DNA of 64,000 bases from the NCBI GenBank assembly GCA_963745835.1, contig CAVUZH010000025.1, positions 143,070-207,069 on the forward strand, read 5' to 3'. Position 1 is the stretch's first letter. Every line of letters starts with the position of its first letter. Positions 11,183 to 21,425 of this stretch are shown in pieces. The DNA comes from an uncultured delta proteobacterium. Lineage in GTDB: Bacteria; Desulfobacterota; Binatia; UBA9968. Made by a program: the position numbers and the translations under genes. Under the pieces are notes generated by a model. The model did no database searches and was not told the origin of the DNA. It saw only the letters and a program-made list of their open reading frames with translations.

Positions 11183-12150
11183 ATGGCACAGACAACTGAC
11201 AATCTGATCGCAGATAACGAGAAACACTCCGGCTGGCTTTATCATAGGTGCAAATTTATTTTAGGTCCGAGATTTGTCGAGCGATTCCCTGCATGGCATA
11301 GATTCGCCATTAGTAGCGGGATGTATCTCACTGTCCATCCAGATCTAGCGCTGCATCATGTGAGACACAACGACATAATCTTCGTTCTGCTCGGGTTCAT
11401 GTTGGACCCGGACGAGCCGACGGCTGATGATACTGCTATCCTGACGTGGGTTGATCCAGCAGTTTGACAATTGTGCCAACATTTTCTCGCAGACGGCGCG
11501 ATTCGGCGGAAGATGGACCCTTATTATCGATGACGGATCGCGCTTGATGGTTTTTAATGACGCCATAGGCTCACGACGAGTCTTTTTCACCGATCTGCGA
11601 TTTACGAGAGAGCTTTGGTGCTGTTCGGAGCCTAGTCTGATCGCAGACATATTGGATTTAAAAGTAGATGAGGACGCTGCCAGCTATCTTGCCGCGGCCG
11701 TAAAGATAGATCCCGAGTATTGGTGGCCTGGTGAGAGCACATTATATAAAGGGATCCGCCATTTGCTCCCCAATCATTATCTAGATTTAAACACTGGAAA
11801 AACAGGCAGGTACTGGCCGAGTCGTAATCTGAGTATGCTCCCGCTTGATGTTGTCGTAAGGCGTTGTTCGTTTCTTCTACGGGGTCTTTTGGCTAGCGCA
11901 GCAAACCGGTTTAATCTAATGGTGACATTGACGGCCGGTTGGGATAGCAGGTTGGTATTGGCCGCTTCGAAAGATATTCGGCACCAGTTATCTTACATGA
12001 CGTTAAGGCAAGCGGGCGAGCCTGATGATGATCCAGACATCACGGTGGCATCCAAAATTGCAAGTAAACTAGAGTTACGACATCAGGTTGTGAGTGCTCA
12101 TCAGACGGTTGACGAAAATTTCCGGGAATTATTTACAAAGCATAGCATGC
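11183..12150 (+). pseudogene. Asparagine-synthetase-like (adenine nucleotide alpha hydrolase) protein, frameshifted and C-terminally truncated
   Basis: GRWTLI..DAIGSRRVFF, LLPNHYLDL, PP-loop-like TLTAGWDSR; +1 shift at GGG near 11450; runs into the next gene at about 12150. Confidence 0.6.
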
Positions 12151-12172
12151 CGGCGTCTTCGTCGATCTGGGG

Positions 12173-13342
12173 ATGTCGCCTCTGTCAAACGCTTATTTAA
12201 AGCCGTCCGATCTGGCTCGAATGGAGCCCTTCTACCCGCTTGTAGTCTTTGTTTGCGGGCAATGCTTCTTGGTCCAGCTCGAGGAGTTCGAGAGTCCGGA
12301 CGGTATTTTCAGCGACTACTCGTATTTCTCTTCGTATTCAGAGTCGTGGGTCGAGCATGCCCGTATTTATACCGAGATGATCGTCGATAGGCTTAAGCTC
12401 GGTCGTAAGCATCGGGTGATCGAGCTCGCCAGTAATGACGGTTATCTCTTGCAGCATTTCGTCGGCCGAGAAATCCCGGTTCTTGGAATCGAGCCGGCAG
12501 CGAACGTCGCCGAAGCGGCCATCAAGAAGAACATCCCGACACGAATAGAGTTCTTCGGCGAAACCATGGCTCGTCGTCTGGTGCAGGAAGGTATTGGTGC
12601 CGATTTGATCGTCGGCAACAATGTCCTCGCGCACGTTCCCGCACTCAATGATTTTGTCAAAGGACTGAAGATTCTGCTCAATCCTGGGGGAGTGATCACC
12701 CTGGAGTTCCCACATTTGATGCGGCTAATGGATGAGAATCAATTTGACACGATTTACCACGAACACTTCTCGTACTTCTCATTCCATACGGTGGCGCAGA
12801 TCATGGCGCGGCATGGGCTCAGCGTTTTTGATGTTGACGAACTTTCGACCCATGGCGGTTCGTTAAGAATTTACCTGCGGCATCAAGAAGATTCGAGCAA
12901 ACCGACGGAAAAACGTGTCGAAGACCTCGCTGCCCGCGAGACCGCTGCGGCGGTTTCCGATTTGGAAACTTACCTTTGCTTCGGCGAGAAAGTAAAACAG
13001 ACCAAACGCAAATTTCTGGATTTCTTGATCACGGCAAAAAACGAGGGACGCTCGGTGGTGGGTTACGGGGCTCCGGCTAAGGGCAATACGCTGCTGAATT
13101 TCTGCGGCGTCCGGACGGATTTCATTGATTACACCGTTGATCGAAGCCCACATAAGCAGGGTCATTTTTTGCCTGGAACACGCATTCCAATCCATCATCC
13201 CGATCGGATCATGGAAACACGCCCCGATTATGTACTCATTTTGCCTTGGAATCTCACCGACGAAATTACTGCCCAGATGAGCTACATTCGAACTTGGAAC
13301 GGGCGCTTTGTGGTGCCTATTCCGGAAGTGAAAATTCTCTAG
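12173..13342 (+). CDS. NDP-hexose C-methyltransferase, lacking its extreme N-terminus
   Basis: (FVDLG)MSPLSN, CGQC, IELASNDG, FDTIYHEH, THGGSLR, GYGAPAKGNT, ILPWNL. Confidence 0.9.
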   Translation: MSPLSNAYLKPSDLARMEPFYPLVVFVCGQCFLVQLEEFESPDGIFSDYSYFSSYSESWVEHARIYTEMIVDRLKLGRKHRVIELASNDGYLLQHFVGREIPVLGIEPAANVAEAAIKKNIPTRIEFFGETMARRLVQEGIGADLIVGNNVLAHVPALNDFVKGLKILLNPGGVITLEFPHLMRLMDENQFDTIYHEHFSYFSFHTVAQIMARHGLSVFDVDELSTHGGSLRIYLRHQEDSSKPTEKRVEDLAARETAAAVSDLETYLCFGEKVKQTKRKFLDFLITAKNEGRSVVGYGAPAKGNTLLNFCGVRTDFIDYTVDRSPHKQGHFLPGTRIPIHHPDRIMETRPDYVLILPWNLTDEITAQMSYIRTWNGRFVVPIPEVKIL

Positions 13343-13480
13343 GTTCGCTGCTGAACGGTCCCAGCGCATCGATGATTGCTCCTTTGCGCGGCTAGTCACT
13401 GATCTCAAGAGAACACAAGAACGCTCCAGAAAAACGGCATAGTGAGCTTTAACGATGATTTCTAACAACAGGAGACTGCA

Positions 13481-14578
13481 ATGAATATCCTTATTACCGG
13501 CAGCGATGGCTATATTGGTACCGTTCTAGCAGCTTATCTAACGGCACGCGGGCACAGTGTCACAGGTCTAGATACCGGCTTTTATCGCGAGGGCTGGCTG
13601 TACAATGATCATGCCTTACAACGCCCGCGCTGTGTGAATACGGATCTTCGCGCAATAACCGAAAGCGACGTCCTTGGTTTTGAAGCCGTGGTTCATCTGG
13701 CAGAGTTGTCCAACGATCCCCTAGGGCAGCACAATCCTGAATTGACCTACGCGATCAATCATAAGGGCAGCGTGGCACTGGCGACTATGTGTATGAAAAA
13801 TGGAGTGTCAAGGTTTGTCTATACGTCATCATGCAGCGTGTATGGAACGGGCTCCGGTGAGTTCAAATCGGAAGAGTCCGAAACCAATCCGCAGACAGCT
13901 TATGCCAAGTGTAAGCTTCTAGTGGAAAACGACCTGATGCGACTTGCCAATGACAACTTTTCACCGACCTTTTTGCGCAACTCCACTGCTTACGGACCCT
14001 CGCCGCGGATGCGCTTCGATCTGGTGCTAAATAATCTCGGCGGCTTGGCATGGACGACCCAACAGATAAAAATGACCAGCGATGGCAGTCCCTGGCGTCC
14101 TCTCGTTCATGTCCGGGATATCGCGCAAGCCATCGGCTGCGTTTTGGAAGCTCCGAGAAGCGTTATCCACAATCAAGTTTTCAACGTCGGCTCAAACAGC
14201 GAGAACTACCAGGTCAGACAGATCGCCGAAATCGTCGCTGAAGCCTTTCTTGGCTGCGAGCTTTCGTTTGGAAAGAGCGATGGCGATAACCGTAGTTATC
14301 GTGTTTGCTTCGATAAAATCCATTCACTGCTGCCGGAGTTTAAATGCAGGTTTAACGCCCGGGACGGCGCCTTCGAGTTGTATGATCTGTTTCAAAGGAT
14401 CGACATGACGCGCGACGTGTTTGACTTCCGCGCCTACACACGCCTAAAGCAACTCGAATATCTCTTACGCACCGGCCAAATCGACGACCAATTCTACTGG
14501 ATCAAATCGAATGGTTCGCATGCTGTGTCAGAAACTTCGTACCAACTCGGTGTTAACCGGGCGCTGGCCACAGGTTGA
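13481..14578 (+). CDS. NAD-dependent epimerase/dehydratase (probable 4-keto sugar reductase)
   Basis: TGSDGYIG, HLAELSNDP, SSCSVYG, YAKCK, RMRFDL; RBS AGGAG. Confidence 0.9.
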   Translation: MNILITGSDGYIGTVLAAYLTARGHSVTGLDTGFYREGWLYNDHALQRPRCVNTDLRAITESDVLGFEAVVHLAELSNDPLGQHNPELTYAINHKGSVALATMCMKNGVSRFVYTSSCSVYGTGSGEFKSEESETNPQTAYAKCKLLVENDLMRLANDNFSPTFLRNSTAYGPSPRMRFDLVLNNLGGLAWTTQQIKMTSDGSPWRPLVHVRDIAQAIGCVLEAPRSVIHNQVFNVGSNSENYQVRQIAEIVAEAFLGCELSFGKSDGDNRSYRVCFDKIHSLLPEFKCRFNARDGAFELYDLFQRIDMTRDVFDFRAYTRLKQLEYLLRTGQIDDQFYWIKSNGSHAVSETSYQLGVNRALATG

Positions 14579-14655
14579 CTCAAGAGAAATTTTTGTTCAA
14601 ATGCTTGTAGCGCATCCTCCGCCAATGTCCGACTCATTTAGGTTACAGCGATGGT

Positions 14656-16116
14656 ATGAATATGAACAGCAGTTTTTGGCAATCAAGAAGGGTTCTTATA
14701 ACCGGCCACACCGGGTTCAAAGGCAGCTGGTTGTCTCTCTGGCTTCAATGCTTGGGCGCCAATGTAGTTGGTTACGCACTTGACCCGCCGACCGAGCCAA
14801 ATCTTTTCCAAACGGCCAAAGTTGCCGAGAGGATGAGTTCGATCACCGCCGACGTGCTGGATAGAAGCGCTTTGAAGTCGGCTATTGAAAAACATCAGCC
14901 TGAGGTGGTATTCCACCTGGCCGCTCAGTCGCTAGTCCGTGAATCCTATAAGAATCCGGTCGAGACCTTTTCGACCAATGTGATGGGTCTGGTGCACTTA
15001 TTGGAAGCTGTTCGTACAACCGATGGAGTGAGGGCGGTTGTCTGCGTCACATCGGATAAATGCTACCAAAATCGTGAATGGGTTTGGGGCTATCGAGAAG
15101 ATGAGCCGATGGGCGGTTATGATCCGTACAGCAGCAGCAAGGGCTGCTCGGAATTGGTCGCTGCTGCCTATCGAAATTCCTTTTTTAACGAACGTGAATA
15201 TTCGCAGCACGAAGTGGCGGTGGCGACAGCCCGGGCTGGAAACGTTATCGGTGGCGGTGACTGGGCAAAAGATCGGCTGCTTCCCGACTTAATACGATCG
15301 GTGAGCCGTGGTGAGGATATCGTCTTGAGGAACCCTCATGCTATCAGGCCTTGGCAACACGTGCTCGATCCGCTTGCCGGATACTTGATGCTCGCGGAAT
15401 CTCTTTTCAAAGATGGCCCACGTTTCAGCGAAGCCTGGAATTTTGCACCGGCAGAATCTCATACAGTGACCCAAGTGGTTGGACAACTGCTCTCGCTCTG
15501 GGGCAGCCAGGTTTCTGCCAAGCATGATCAGAGTCGTCAACCACACGAAGATCCGTACATGATTTTGGACAGTACCAAGGCACGGGTAAAGTTGGATTGG
15601 AAACCAGTATTAGACTTGCGCACGAGTCTAAGTTGGATTGTCACATGGGTGAAGCGCTTGCAGGCGGGCGCCGATATGCGCAGCGTAACAGAGTCGCAAA
15701 TTAGGGCCTACATGGACATAGGTCAGAACAGCAGGACTGGAGATCAAGGCCAAGACGGTACGCCAGCTCATCGTAACGATGCTGAGCTTCTCGATCTGCT
15801 TCACGAAACGGTCATGGTTCGCGACATGAAAGGCAGAATCCAATATTGGAATCCGGGCGCCGACGAGATGTACGGTTGGAAGAGCGAAGAAGCCGTAGGC
15901 AGTATTTCCCATGAACTTCTGCGAACGAAATTTCCCCGACCCTTGAGGGATATCGAAGCCGAACTCCTTAAGGAAGGACGTTGGCAAGGAGAGCTCGTGC
16001 ACACCAAGAGAAACGGTAGCGCTGTGGTGGTAAAGAGTCGCTGGCTGTTGAAGCGGGACGGTAAAAATAATGCTGGTGAAATCTTCGAGATTAATCAGGT
16101 CTGCGCTAATCGATGA
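14656..16116 (+). CDS. rfbG: CDP-glucose 4,6-dehydratase fused to a C-terminal PAS domain
   Basis: TGHTGFKGSWL, HLAAQ, TSDKCY, YSSSK, RAGNVIGGGD, RPWQHV; in-frame linker then PAS (WNPGADEMYGW..EAVG..GRWQGEL). Confidence 0.9.
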   Translation: MNMNSSFWQSRRVLITGHTGFKGSWLSLWLQCLGANVVGYALDPPTEPNLFQTAKVAERMSSITADVLDRSALKSAIEKHQPEVVFHLAAQSLVRESYKNPVETFSTNVMGLVHLLEAVRTTDGVRAVVCVTSDKCYQNREWVWGYREDEPMGGYDPYSSSKGCSELVAAAYRNSFFNEREYSQHEVAVATARAGNVIGGGDWAKDRLLPDLIRSVSRGEDIVLRNPHAIRPWQHVLDPLAGYLMLAESLFKDGPRFSEAWNFAPAESHTVTQVVGQLLSLWGSQVSAKHDQSRQPHEDPYMILDSTKARVKLDWKPVLDLRTSLSWIVTWVKRLQAGADMRSVTESQIRAYMDIGQNSRTGDQGQDGTPAHRNDAELLDLLHETVMVRDMKGRIQYWNPGADEMYGWKSEEAVGSISHELLRTKFPRPLRDIEAELLKEGRWQGELVHTKRNGSAVVVKSRWLLKRDGKNNAGEIFEINQVCANR

Positions 16117-16187
16117 GCAGGGTTCTAACTGATTAATTCTCGAACGCTCAGGATCTTCGGTCCGTTTGTCCGCCATGTCATAGTTCC

Positions 16188-16727
16188 GTGATCTTTAAAG
16201 AAACTAAACTCCAAGGCGCTTATATCATTCAGGTTGAGCCTTTCGAGGACGAACGCGGATCTTTCGCTCGCACGTTCTGTCGCGAAGAATTCGAGACACG
16301 AGGTCTGAATTCGGCGGTGGCTCAGTGCAACGTTTCTCAGAACCGTAGGAAAGGCACGGTTCGGGGCATGCATTATCAAATCGCGCCTCATGCCGAGGCG
16401 AAGTTGATCACCTGTATTGCCGGCTCGATCTACGACGTCATTATCGATTTAAGACCCGGTTCAATCACCTGTTGCCAATGGATTGCGGTGGAGCTCAGCG
16501 CGCGCCATCCCCGTAACCTCCTCTATATCCCCGAGGGCTTCGCGCACGGATTTCAAACGCTCGAAGACGGTACCGAGGTTTTTTACCAGATGTCACACAT
16601 TTATGTACCCCAGGCGGCTCGCGGAGTACGCTGGGATGATCCCGCGTTTGCGATCCGCTGGCCAGATGGTCCCCGAACGATATCGGAACGCGACCAGCAT
16701 TATCCGGATTTTAGTCCCGCCACATGA
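16188..16727 (+). CDS. rfbC: NDP-4-keto-6-deoxyhexose 3,5-epimerase (RmlC-like cupin)
   Basis: DERGSF, RGMHYQ, EAKL, DVIIDLR, IPEGFAHGFQ, RWDDP. Confidence 0.92.
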   Translation: MIFKETKLQGAYIIQVEPFEDERGSFARTFCREEFETRGLNSAVAQCNVSQNRRKGTVRGMHYQIAPHAEAKLITCIAGSIYDVIIDLRPGSITCCQWIAVELSARHPRNLLYIPEGFAHGFQTLEDGTEVFYQMSHIYVPQAARGVRWDDPAFAIRWPDGPRTISERDQHYPDFSPAT

Positions 16728-16779
16728 ACGTCTCGACTTTTTAGGAGGTCGTCACGACGTTTAGGCCCGTAATGCCGCT

Positions 16780-18160
16780 TTGACCAGCACTTTCAAAAGT
16801 AAGACTATGCTCGTGGTAAGCCGATGTCAGTACCTGAGCTTTTTCGTAAGAAACACTACAACCGCTTCATCGAATCTCGACAGAGCTAATGTGGGCGAGG
16901 AGATGTACCGGTTTGTTACTGACCTGTTTCCGATTTGCCGAAGTATCACCGGTAAAGGCGCGCGTGAAACACTGGCGCTGATCCAAAAGCATGCGCCCCT
17001 GGACATTCACGAGATTCCCAGCGGAACCCGGGTTTTCGATTGGATCGTTCCCAAAGAATGGAATATCCGAGAGGCTTGGATTAAAGATCCGGCAGGGAAA
17101 AAAATCGTCGATTTCGGAAATTCTAACCTTCACGTGTTGAATTACAGCGCGCCGGTTCACGCCAGGTTATCGCTTAAGAATCTCAAAGAACATCTTTACT
17201 CGTTGCCGGAGCACCCTGATTGGATCCCGTATCGAACCTCTTACTACAACAACAACTGGGGGTTTTGCCTGTCCCACAATCAGCTCCTAGGCCTTTCGGA
17301 GGGTGAATACGAGGTATTTGTCGATTCCTCGCTCGAAGATGGGCATCTGACATTTGGAGAGTGTTATCTCCGGGGAGAAACGGAAGCCGAGGTCCTGATA
17401 TCGACGCATATCTGCCACCCGTCGCTGGCCAACGACAACCTTTCGGGCATCGCTGGTAGCAACTTTTCTAGCAAAATATTTGAGCAAGCTTTCATCGAGA
17501 TATTCTTACCGATTTCTTTTTATCCCGGGAACCATTGGCTCGATCACCTGGCTCAGCTTAAACGAATCTCAGCTGTCCCGAATCAAACACGGGCTGGTAC
17601 TGACATGTGTCGGGGACAGGGGAAAGTTTACGTATAAGAAAAGCAGGCAGCGGAATGCTGAGATCGATCGAGCGGTGTCCGAGGTTCTCAAAAAATCGGG
17701 TGAGGCTTTCGAAGTCCATGAATTTTCGCCTTACGGCTATGATGAAAGGCAATACTGTTCACCAGGGTTCAATCTTCCCGTCGGTTGCTTTATGAGAAGC
17801 CCCCACGCGCAATATTCGGAGTACCACACTTCTGCGGACAATTTGGATTTGGTTCGGCCAGAATATCTGGCCGATTCATTTTCGAAGTGCTTAGCCGTCT
17901 TTGAGGTTCTGGAGCACAACCGCGTCTATTGCAATCAGAATCCGAAATGCGAGCCGCAATTGGGGAGGAGAGGCATCTATAGTCAAATAGGCGGCCGGAC
18001 GGATGGTAAGACCCTGGAGTTGGCGTTGCTGTGGGTTTTGAATTTATCCGACGGAGAAAACAGTCTTCTAGACATTGCAGAAAAATCCAATCTAAATTTT
18101 TCTAGTGTCAGCAATGCAGCTCAAACGCTGCTAAAGACGGGCTTATTGCAGGAGGCGTAG
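16780..18160 (+). CDS. DUF4910-like peptidase-fold polysaccharide biosynthesis protein, frameshifted near 17455
   Basis: PICRSITG, IPYRTSYY, HICHPSLANDNLSG, then second frame GYDERQYCSPG, EYHTSAD, CEPQLGRRG; removing one G rejoins the frames. Confidence 0.85.
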
Positions 18161-18258
18161 CACCAGAAAGCTACATATTCTTCGCGCGAGTTTGCATCCC
18201 CGTACCCCTAATTTTCCCATTTCCGAGACAACGTCATCGGCCATTACCATATTAAGTC

Positions 18259-18274
18259 TGGCACATCCGTTGCT
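18259..18274 (+). promoter_or_regulatory. sigma54 -24/-12 promoter
   Basis: TGGCAC-ATCCG-TTGCT, a consensus match just upstream of the PAS-SGNH gene. Confidence 0.75.
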
Positions 18275-18304
18275 CTAGGTAATATAGTTGCGATCAACGG
18301 CTCA

Positions 18305-20254
18305 GTGAGTAGGAAGAATTCTGGTGGAGCAAACATGACCGCCATAAACGATCAATACCCGTTTGAGTCGGCAACCGACAGTGTGATGACACGCACTGTT
18401 CAGGGGATAATAAACTTTTGGAACCATGCGGCGGAGGATCTTTATGGTTGGAAGAAAGAAGAAGCCATAGGAAGAGTTAGTCATGATCTTTTAAAAACAA
18501 AGTTTCCCAAGCCGTTGGACGAGATCGATTCCGAACTCGTCAACAACGGTCGATGGGAAGGAAAGCTTGTCCATTCAACCCGAGATGGCGCTCGTATCGT
18601 CGTCGAAAGCCGTTGGACCTTGGATCGCACCGCGCCTTCCGGAGCGGTGGTCGAGATCAACGCGCCCTGTCCTGAACGGGAGACCGATCCTGAAGCGTGC
18701 CTAACGATCTCTAGCCGAAAACGCGACAACGTTCTTTTTGACAGCGCCGGATCGAAGCCTCGCTCCAGAGACAACACCGGCCGAGTATTAACCTATATCG
18801 GCTTACTGGCTCTTGCGGTAGCTTGGGTTTTTTACGTTGTATTTGGACACGAATTAATCCAGGACATCTATCATGGCCGGGCGGCACTTCCTTTTTTGGA
18901 TCGAATCATGGAAGGGCGAGCCTTCACTCCCATACAGAACTACCTCCAGGCGGCTGACAAACTCATGCTGCTTGGCACTGTTTGGCTGCTCACGATCTAT
19001 CTCACTGTGGTGTTTTTACTGAAACGGCCAATCGGGGCTTTATTAGCCGCCCTTTCTTTTATGGTAACGTCCTTTCTCGGGTTTTGCTTTTTCGAGTTAG
19101 CGCCGTCTCTTATTAAACCTTTTGGGCTAGATGCGATTTCCTATTACGCCTATAAAGTAAATTTTCTCGACGACGAGGTACTCATTTATCGAGAAAAGCC
19201 TTTCAATCATGTTACCTATGAAAACTATCGGACCGAACATTATTCTGCGCTCTATGGGATCGAAGTGCCGCCAGTTCACTTTGAGTGGATTACGGACAAA
19301 AACGGTTTTAGAAACGCCCACACACGGGAATATTCCGACATTATCGCCCTTGGCGATTCGTATCTCGAGTGGGGGAATACTGAAGCAGACACGTTCGTCA
19401 AGACGCTCGAAAACAAACTACCGGGGCTCACAGCAACCAATCTGGGCAAATCCGGTTATGGACCTCCTCAATATCTTGAAGTATTGAACCGCTATGGTGT
19501 GAAGTATCGGCCGAAATATGCGTTGATGGCCTTTTTCGAAGGAAATGACGTTCTAGACACCAAAGCTTACTTTCGCTGGAAAAAAGGACAAACAGAGAAG
19601 CCGTCAGATCTTCATCGAATGGCGCAGCTTTCGTTCTTCCAGCGTTACTGGTTAGCCTTGGAAGCTCAGGCGACATTTATCACGAATAGCATCAGCTACT
19701 GGATCAACCTCGTTTTGAACAAGGTTGCTCAACGCCAGGGTTATGCCTATGATACCCACCCGGACCTCGCTGTTCTAAACCTTGGGGATGGTGCCACCCA
19801 TAAAATAAAGTTCGTAGAGAAACTCGACACTCGCTCTCCGAAAGAGATGTTGGCTAGCGAGGAGTGGCGCCAACTAAAGACGGTCCTGAGAGATGTTCGG
19901 GAGGTTTGTGAGAAGAACGAGATATCTCTAATCGTGCTGTATATTCCAGCCGCTGCCCACATTTATGCGCAGTACTCCACCATACAGAGCGGAGAGAACT
20001 GGCGCAGAATCCGTGACCATCAGATCCAGGCAAAAATTAACACAGAAGAAGCGATGAACCAGATGGCTAAGGAACTCGATATCGACTTGATAAGTTTGAC
20101 TCCTGTACTCGAAGAGGCCGCCAGCCGAGGGAAACTGCTTTATTATCCTCTCGACCCGCACTGGAATGCTGAGGGTACAGAGTTAGCTGCGAGTTATGTC
20201 GCCCAAAACCTAAAATCAAGATACCTGTCGGCCTCCAGTCCAGCGAATCACTAA
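18305..20254 (+). CDS. PAS domain + 3 TM + SGNH hydrolase (AlgJ/AlgX-like O-acyltransferase/esterase)
   Basis: N-terminal PAS (FWNHAAEDLYGW..GRWEGK); SGNH blocks LGDSY, NLGKSGYG, FEGND, DPHWN; likely start ATG 18335. Confidence 0.8.
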   Translation: MSRKNSGGANMTAINDQYPFESATDSVMTRTVQGIINFWNHAAEDLYGWKKEEAIGRVSHDLLKTKFPKPLDEIDSELVNNGRWEGKLVHSTRDGARIVVESRWTLDRTAPSGAVVEINAPCPERETDPEACLTISSRKRDNVLFDSAGSKPRSRDNTGRVLTYIGLLALAVAWVFYVVFGHELIQDIYHGRAALPFLDRIMEGRAFTPIQNYLQAADKLMLLGTVWLLTIYLTVVFLLKRPIGALLAALSFMVTSFLGFCFFELAPSLIKPFGLDAISYYAYKVNFLDDEVLIYREKPFNHVTYENYRTEHYSALYGIEVPPVHFEWITDKNGFRNAHTREYSDIIALGDSYLEWGNTEADTFVKTLENKLPGLTATNLGKSGYGPPQYLEVLNRYGVKYRPKYALMAFFEGNDVLDTKAYFRWKKGQTEKPSDLHRMAQLSFFQRYWLALEAQATFITNSISYWINLVLNKVAQRQGYAYDTHPDLAVLNLGDGATHKIKFVEKLDTRSPKEMLASEEWRQLKTVLRDVREVCEKNEISLIVLYIPAAAHIYAQYSTIQSGENWRRIRDHQIQAKINTEEAMNQMAKELDIDLISLTPVLEEAASRGKLLYYPLDPHWNAEGTELAASYVAQNLKSRYLSASSPANH

Positions 20255-20428
20255 GCTTCAGCCGTTCGCACTCGTCCACGTACGTTGTCGATTCGCCCGC
20301 GCGCGGACTGGACTGCATGAGGTCGTCGTCGCCCACTTCAGAACTGTTCAGTAACAAATCTACATGTTGATACTCCTGTGACAGTTGGTCAAAGCTGTTA
20401 CGTAGGGCCTCCAAAGTAGAGACTCTCT

Positions 20429-21382
20429 TTGATGGACACCGCATCTACAAATACCCTTCAACAGTCTTTTTTTGGCAAGAAAGTACTCATCACAGGCGCT
20501 AGCGGGTTTATCGGATCGCATCTGTGCCGTCGTCTGTCTGAGTCCGACGTAGAGCTACACGCGATCTCTAGGGTGAAACGTTCGGAGTGTGAGAGCAAGT
20601 TACGGTGGTGGCAAGGAGATTTGTCCGATAGCGTGATGACGCGCGAATTTGTGCGGGCAATCCAGCCGGACGTGATTTTTCACCTCGCAAGTCACGTAAA
20701 GGGCGCACGCAGTGTGGGAAACGTAATGCCGACGTTTCGAAGCAATCTCCTCAGCACCGTTAATATCCTTACTGTTGCGAGCGAGGTCGGATGCCGCCGG
20801 ATTGTATTAACCAATTCTCTTGAAGAACCGGATCTAGGCGATCCGACTTCGATTCCAAGCTCGCCTTATGCTGCGGCGAAATGGGCGAGTAGCGGCTATG
20901 CGAGAATGTTCCATGCGCTGTATCAACTTCCCGTAGTCATCCTGCGTTTGTTTATGGTTTATGGACCTGCGCAACAGGATTTAGGAAAACTAATTCCCTA
21001 TGTAACGCTCTGTTTGTTGCGTGGTGAAGTTCCAAAACTGACTAGTGGACGGCGCGATGTCGATTGGATTTATGTCGACGACGTGGTGGACGGGATTGTC
21101 GCTGCGGCCGAGGCAAGCAATGTCGAAGGGAAAACAATCGACATCGGCTCGGGAGAGTTAGTCTCGATTCGCAACGTGGTGGCATATTTAGTTCGTCTGA
21201 CAAATTCAACCATACAACCCGTGTATGGCGCATTGGCGGAAAGACCTCTCGAACAGGTGCGTAAAGCGAATGTCGCCGCTGCTCTAACCCAGATAGGATG
21301 GAAGCCGAAAACCCGCCTCAGGGAAGGATTAGAGAATACGGTAAACTGGTTTAGGGAAGAGACGAAAGAGGGTGGAGTCTGA
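20429..21382 (+). CDS. NAD-dependent epimerase/dehydratase
   Basis: TGASGFIGS, SPYAAAK, RLFMVYGP, DWIYVDD. Confidence 0.9.
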   Translation: MMDTASTNTLQQSFFGKKVLITGASGFIGSHLCRRLSESDVELHAISRVKRSECESKLRWWQGDLSDSVMTREFVRAIQPDVIFHLASHVKGARSVGNVMPTFRSNLLSTVNILTVASEVGCRRIVLTNSLEEPDLGDPTSIPSSPYAAAKWASSGYARMFHALYQLPVVILRLFMVYGPAQQDLGKLIPYVTLCLLRGEVPKLTSGRRDVDWIYVDDVVDGIVAAAEASNVEGKTIDIGSGELVSIRNVVAYLVRLTNSTIQPVYGALAERPLEQVRKANVAAALTQIGWKPKTRLREGLENTVNWFREETKEGGV

Positions 21383-21425
21383 GTGTTCTGTCCTTTTTTG
21401 CCGGCACGAGTAAATCGTCAGGGTT

